DNA of 64,000 nucleotides, from assembly GCA_964035545.1 (NCBI GenBank), contig OZ037767.1, forward strand, positions 32,318,628-32,382,627. Direction: 5' to 3'. The position numbers and the translations under genes are program-made. Position 1 is the first letter of the stretch. Each line of letters opens with the position of its first letter. This document shows, piece after piece, positions 59,353 to 64,000 of this stretch. The DNA is from Bugula neritina (Eukaryota; Animalia; Bryozoa). The notes beneath the pieces were generated by a model. That model saw only the letters and a list, made by a program, of their open reading frames with translations. It made no database searches and was not told the origin of the DNA.

Positions 59353-62300
59353 GTCAAGAGTAACGCTGAGATGTTTAGGCTGTCTGTCTGTTTGTCTGTA
59401 GAGACTCTGGTGAGACGGGGGGGGGGGGGGGTGTTGGTGAGAGAGATACGGGATGGTGGTAGGTTTACAACTGTGCTGACATGTTGCTATTCTGGCTCTC
59501 AGTTGCTGTGGAATAAATAAAACATTGATTGTTACTTCAAGACTGCAACGGGTGCGAAATGTTGAAAGTTCCAGTATAAAATGAGTTTGATTGTTCATTA
59601 GCAAACGAAATGTCTTAAAAAAGGTTTAAATATGAGAAGACTTTCATAGTATTCATGTATGTATGTAGTTTATTATACTGAATCCCTCAAGAAGCATGGA
59701 GAAGGTAACAGAATAGGTCAAACTAATCATCAGGCCATACAACAGCTGATCATACAATGAATTGTTTGCATGTGCAAACTTTGCTGATTGGGTAAGCAGT
59801 ACTTCGTTAACATAGGGATTTATATCACGAGTAGTAAAGTCTATTATTACATTAGATATAGTGCAATATATTAGTTAGTCCTGGGGGGGTATAAGTTGAT
59901 TATTGGACACGAGTGGTTTAGTATCAGCTGTAGTGTAGCTGATGGGCAGAGTAAAGATATTGACCAGAGCAGTAACTACATTAACTAGCAGTATACAGTC
60001 TACAGGGATTTGGCCACAAGTGTTAGCAATGTCACAGCTGAGGGCAGAATCTAAGTAACAAATGTCCCCCAAGCTCCCCTATAATGTAGACTTATAACAT
60101 ACAATTAGCTCTAATTGTAGCTTACACACACGCACGCGCACACACCATGATAGATGATAGAAAAAGGTTACAATTCAGTCAATTAGGTTAGACAACAAGT
60201 TGGAAAGCAAGTCCTATCAGTGCTAGCTTCTATAGGGCGATAAGATTTGAGGGAGTGATGCGCGCGCCGTAGTTAGTATAGTAGAGCTCATGGTGCGATG
60301 CATCAGCTGATCTCTTTCTATATATAACGTACGTCAAGTCATTATCAGGTGATGTTTTACAATCTAACGAGCACGTTGCCCTTAGTCATGCACGCATGTC
60401 GTGTTATAGGGGCTGGTAGCATTTCCATAATTTGTAGTCTCACATGGCATGGCTTGACAAGAGAAACATTAGCAGTTCGTCTAAGCCTTAGAAATTTCAA
60501 CAGCTAATCTATCAACTAGCACATGGTAACACTCATACTACAGATCACCTATGCTGAAAGTTTACTTTTTAATTTAAGTTTCTAGTTATTGGATTAGACT
60601 TTAGAGTTTAAAGCATGAAGCTCAGCAAAACTATCTCCTATTGCACACAAGTAACATGCCTTGATGCAAGTATGTAAACACTACCTATCACAACAGCCAA
60701 CAGCAATTTTTGCCTCATTGAAAAAGCAGAACAGTTCAAAGTTTTCTTTAACAGCACGGCTACATAAATCAATATTTACTGCCTTTCCATGCATGGAGCC
60801 AAGGCTACTTATCCAGTCAAAGCTCCTTTCAATGGTGAAAATCAATGATGTAATTGGATACAGATGTATGTAAAGGCATTAGTTATGGCTAAAGACAACA
60901 GTCTGGTATACAATTAATTAATACAGAGAACTTTTTTTCTCTTCCCTGAACAGGGTGGGTGCAGAATTGCAAATTTTTCACAAAGCAACATGTTGTAGAA
61001 CTTCATAGCAATTTTTGAATTTTTAGTCTATCACTAAAACTTTATTGCTAGACTACAAAAATAGTTCAGGCTTCGCCTAGTAACTGCAAATTACTAAGTG
61101 ACTGTGAGTGTTGCTTCGAATTTTTGAGGAAGGTGCCGTAATGGTAAAGTGAGAAAAGCTTGTGTTCTAGATAAAAAATGTTGCAAAAAAGTTACGTTGG
61201 TGCAAAATATTCAACCAGCGCCCCAAAACCAAAATGATAAAAAGAAATTTATAAAACTTGGGCTTTCTCCATTACTGTTCCTAAGTGAAATTTTTGAAGG
61301 ATAATATTAATTCTCTTCCCATCGTTTTATCATTAGTTTGGTTATAGTTGAACAATTACAGTCAATGCTCAAAAAAACTAACAACATTTAAATCTTAACC
61401 TACCCTATTTGAAACCAACAAGTGAAAGAGATGACTAAACTCTCAAGTCTTGAAATTAATCAACTCATTCAACTAATAGTAATACTACTTACTAGTATAT
61501 TTATTTATTATTTATAAATTATAAGTCAAAATGATATTATTCCGCAGTCGTCTTATGATGATGAAAATATAGCCATAGTTTTATTATAATCAATAATTAA
61601 ACAAATATGAATATAACTCTAACTGCAAATCACTATGACTATCAGATTCAGTGTGAACATCATAAAGTGAAATCACCGTGATCATCATTTTAATTTTAGT
61701 TTTAAACTTGGTAAAACTAACAGTAACTCAACCCAGTTCAGTAACTGTAAGTAAGTTAGACTTAGTTGATACAATCGCGCTAGTAGTAGTACTAGCCCTA
61801 GGACTACGTCTACTACTGCTGCTACGACTACTAGTACTAGTACTACTAGTACTACTACCAGTAGTAGTACTACTAGTACCACTAGTAGTAATACTACTAC
61901 TAGTACCACTACCAGTAGTAGTACTAGTAACACTAGTAGTAGTAGTAGTAATACTTATAGTTATACTACTAGTATTAGTTTCAGTTTGTTTTATTTTTAA
62001 CTTTGTAATTACTGTTACTATTAGTATTAGTATTACTATTAGTATTACTATTACTATTAGATCTACTTCTATATTAAGATATATTTACATAAACTGTCAG
62101 TGTCCAAGTCTACAGTCAAAGTTTTCCTTTAGTTTTTTTATTACTGTTTTAGAGTTACTGTTTGTCTTAATAATGATAGTCATATTAATACTCATACTGT
62201 AAGTGTAAGTGTAACACTAACACTAACACAGTAAGTGTAACAGCTGGACGCTAGCGTAAACGATAACTAAAAATAAAGTAAGTTAGTTAGCTTTGGGATT

Positions 62301-64000
62301 TTAATTTTACCGAATAGAAGGTTCAGTTCAATTTTCCTTCTGTGGTTATTTGTGTGTTAATTTTACTCACCGAGTAATGGGAAGCTTTGTCTAATCTGAT
62401 GAAATACTCGATTAAGGTTACTTGGTCTTGTACGCCTGTTCTCCACAGGTTGAGCGATGAACACTATTGTAAAAAATGAATGAACGTGCGCGAAAGAAGC
62501 TGCGTGCCTGAAGTGTGATTTCCATAGCGATGTAGAGTCACGTGATTCACCGGCTTTCCCTGTATCGACCTGAAACATGTGCTCAAATCCGTCGTTTTTC
62601 CATGATAGTGTCAGATCGGTCTTACAGGATTGTTAGGCTTGAAATTACGCAGCAAATAGCTAATGAAAGCAAGTTTTACTAGCCATTTAAATTCAATTTA
62701 AATGCTCTCACTTTTTGTACTTTCTACCGTCTATAATTTTTTATAATTGAGTTTTCTCAATCATAGTACTGAAAGTCAAAGTTTTGGCGTCTGAAAATGT
62801 GGCTATCGTAATTATTAAGTAATTTGCTTAGTAATTACCAATAAGTTATCATTTTTATTAGCGGACAACATTTTAGCGAGCAGTCATTTTTCTACTTCTC
62901 GGATCGATCTTTTGTCTTTCCATAGATCGATCCATGGAAAGCCGTTGAAGCACCTCCAAATTTGGAGTGCGGCAATTTGGTGTTCTAAAGTTTGGGAACC
63001 TAACTCCAAACTTGATCACCTTGAAATACGGGGCTCGCTCACCCCTAACTTGAATCTGCTTGCTTATACAGCAATTTTACTCATAGGGGCGCCATTGTGC
63101 TGCATATTGCGGAGCGTGACTTAATGTACGATATACTTTCTGGTTATAGTGAATGGTTTTGTAACTAATTGAATTTTATTCAACAATAGTCACAACATTT
63201 TAAAAATATTGTTGACAATATATGTATATTACAATCTTTATTGTTATAATATACTATATCTTTTTTGCAACTTTTCTTAGAAAATCAATTGAACATTATA
63301 GTTTTAACATGGCTTCTGGGTTACAGAATTTGATTCACTACTCCATCTGAAAGAATCAGTTACAAGTATCTCCCACAGACCTTCAGTTGCTATACATTAT
63401 ACAGTTGAAACCCAGCTTAGATAAAAGAAATCAACTATAATTTCTTCAACAATGCAATATTGCAAAGTTTTTTAAAATAAAAATGAGTATAGGCTATTTC
63501 TAACAATTTTAGTATCCAAAATCCATAATTTTGATAATTTTACATATATAGTTCATAAACATCTCTGATACAAATGATAAAACTATTTAACACCGAGTGT
63601 AGACTTTATCATATTGATTGTAACAAAAATTTACCTTTAAGCTTATATCTCACTTACACAACACCAAACAATTCCATTGCTATCGCTATAATTACTATTG
63701 AATTTAATATTCTTACATTAATAACATGTAAAAATATTTTGTTTTATGATGGAGCTAAACTCAAACCTGAAATGGAATTTTCTTTTTAAATATGATAGTA
63801 TATACTAACTATATACATATACACTGCATAGATTTAAATATTTATTTTAGTTTTTTATATAGAAAAAGTTCAAAACGACTATAATATAATGTCTAATGAA
63901 AAAAATACCACCGATTTGTTCTTTCTACTTACATTAATTTTTAGTTTAAGAATTTTTCTATAAGTGAAGGATGTCTTCAAGGTGAAGGACATCTTTAAGG

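Noticed and set aside
59353-59604. N-terminal extension of the desaturase in the ORF track
   Set aside because: Non-ATG start and low-complexity poly-C/CAGA sequence; an acceptor-like CTCAG just before ATG 59352 suggests intron or UTR.
62100-64000. Possible TTAA-flanked non-autonomous DNA transposon (CTTTAA ends near 63740 and 63998)
   Set aside because: No matching inverted left end or transposase found in the window.

Overview
AT-rich invertebrate (lophotrochozoan-like) nuclear DNA; the taxon is my inference from gene style. Five genes can be spliced by hand with consistent intron phases. (1) The 3' part of a divergent CPEB1 (+, 172-3311). (2) A 103-aa secreted Cys-rich prepropeptide that the ORF track does not assemble (-, 9828-10446). 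(3) A 13-exon class B (secretin-family, calcitonin-receptor-like) GPCR (-, 16466-29058). (4) A 33-exon BRWD/PHIP-family gene (+, 34504-56512). (5) An intronless cytochrome-b5-fusion desaturase of sphingolipid delta-8 type (-, 57886-59352). A rearranged mariner element with ~206-bp inverted repeats lies in a BRWD intron. The main window-wide pattern is that most longer introns contain their own private minisatellite, and many arrays are amplified copies of the splice junction itself, giving up to ~30 tandem decoy donors or acceptors. Nearly all long ORFs in the track are artefacts of these repeats. Coordinates were counted by hand and no database searches were run.
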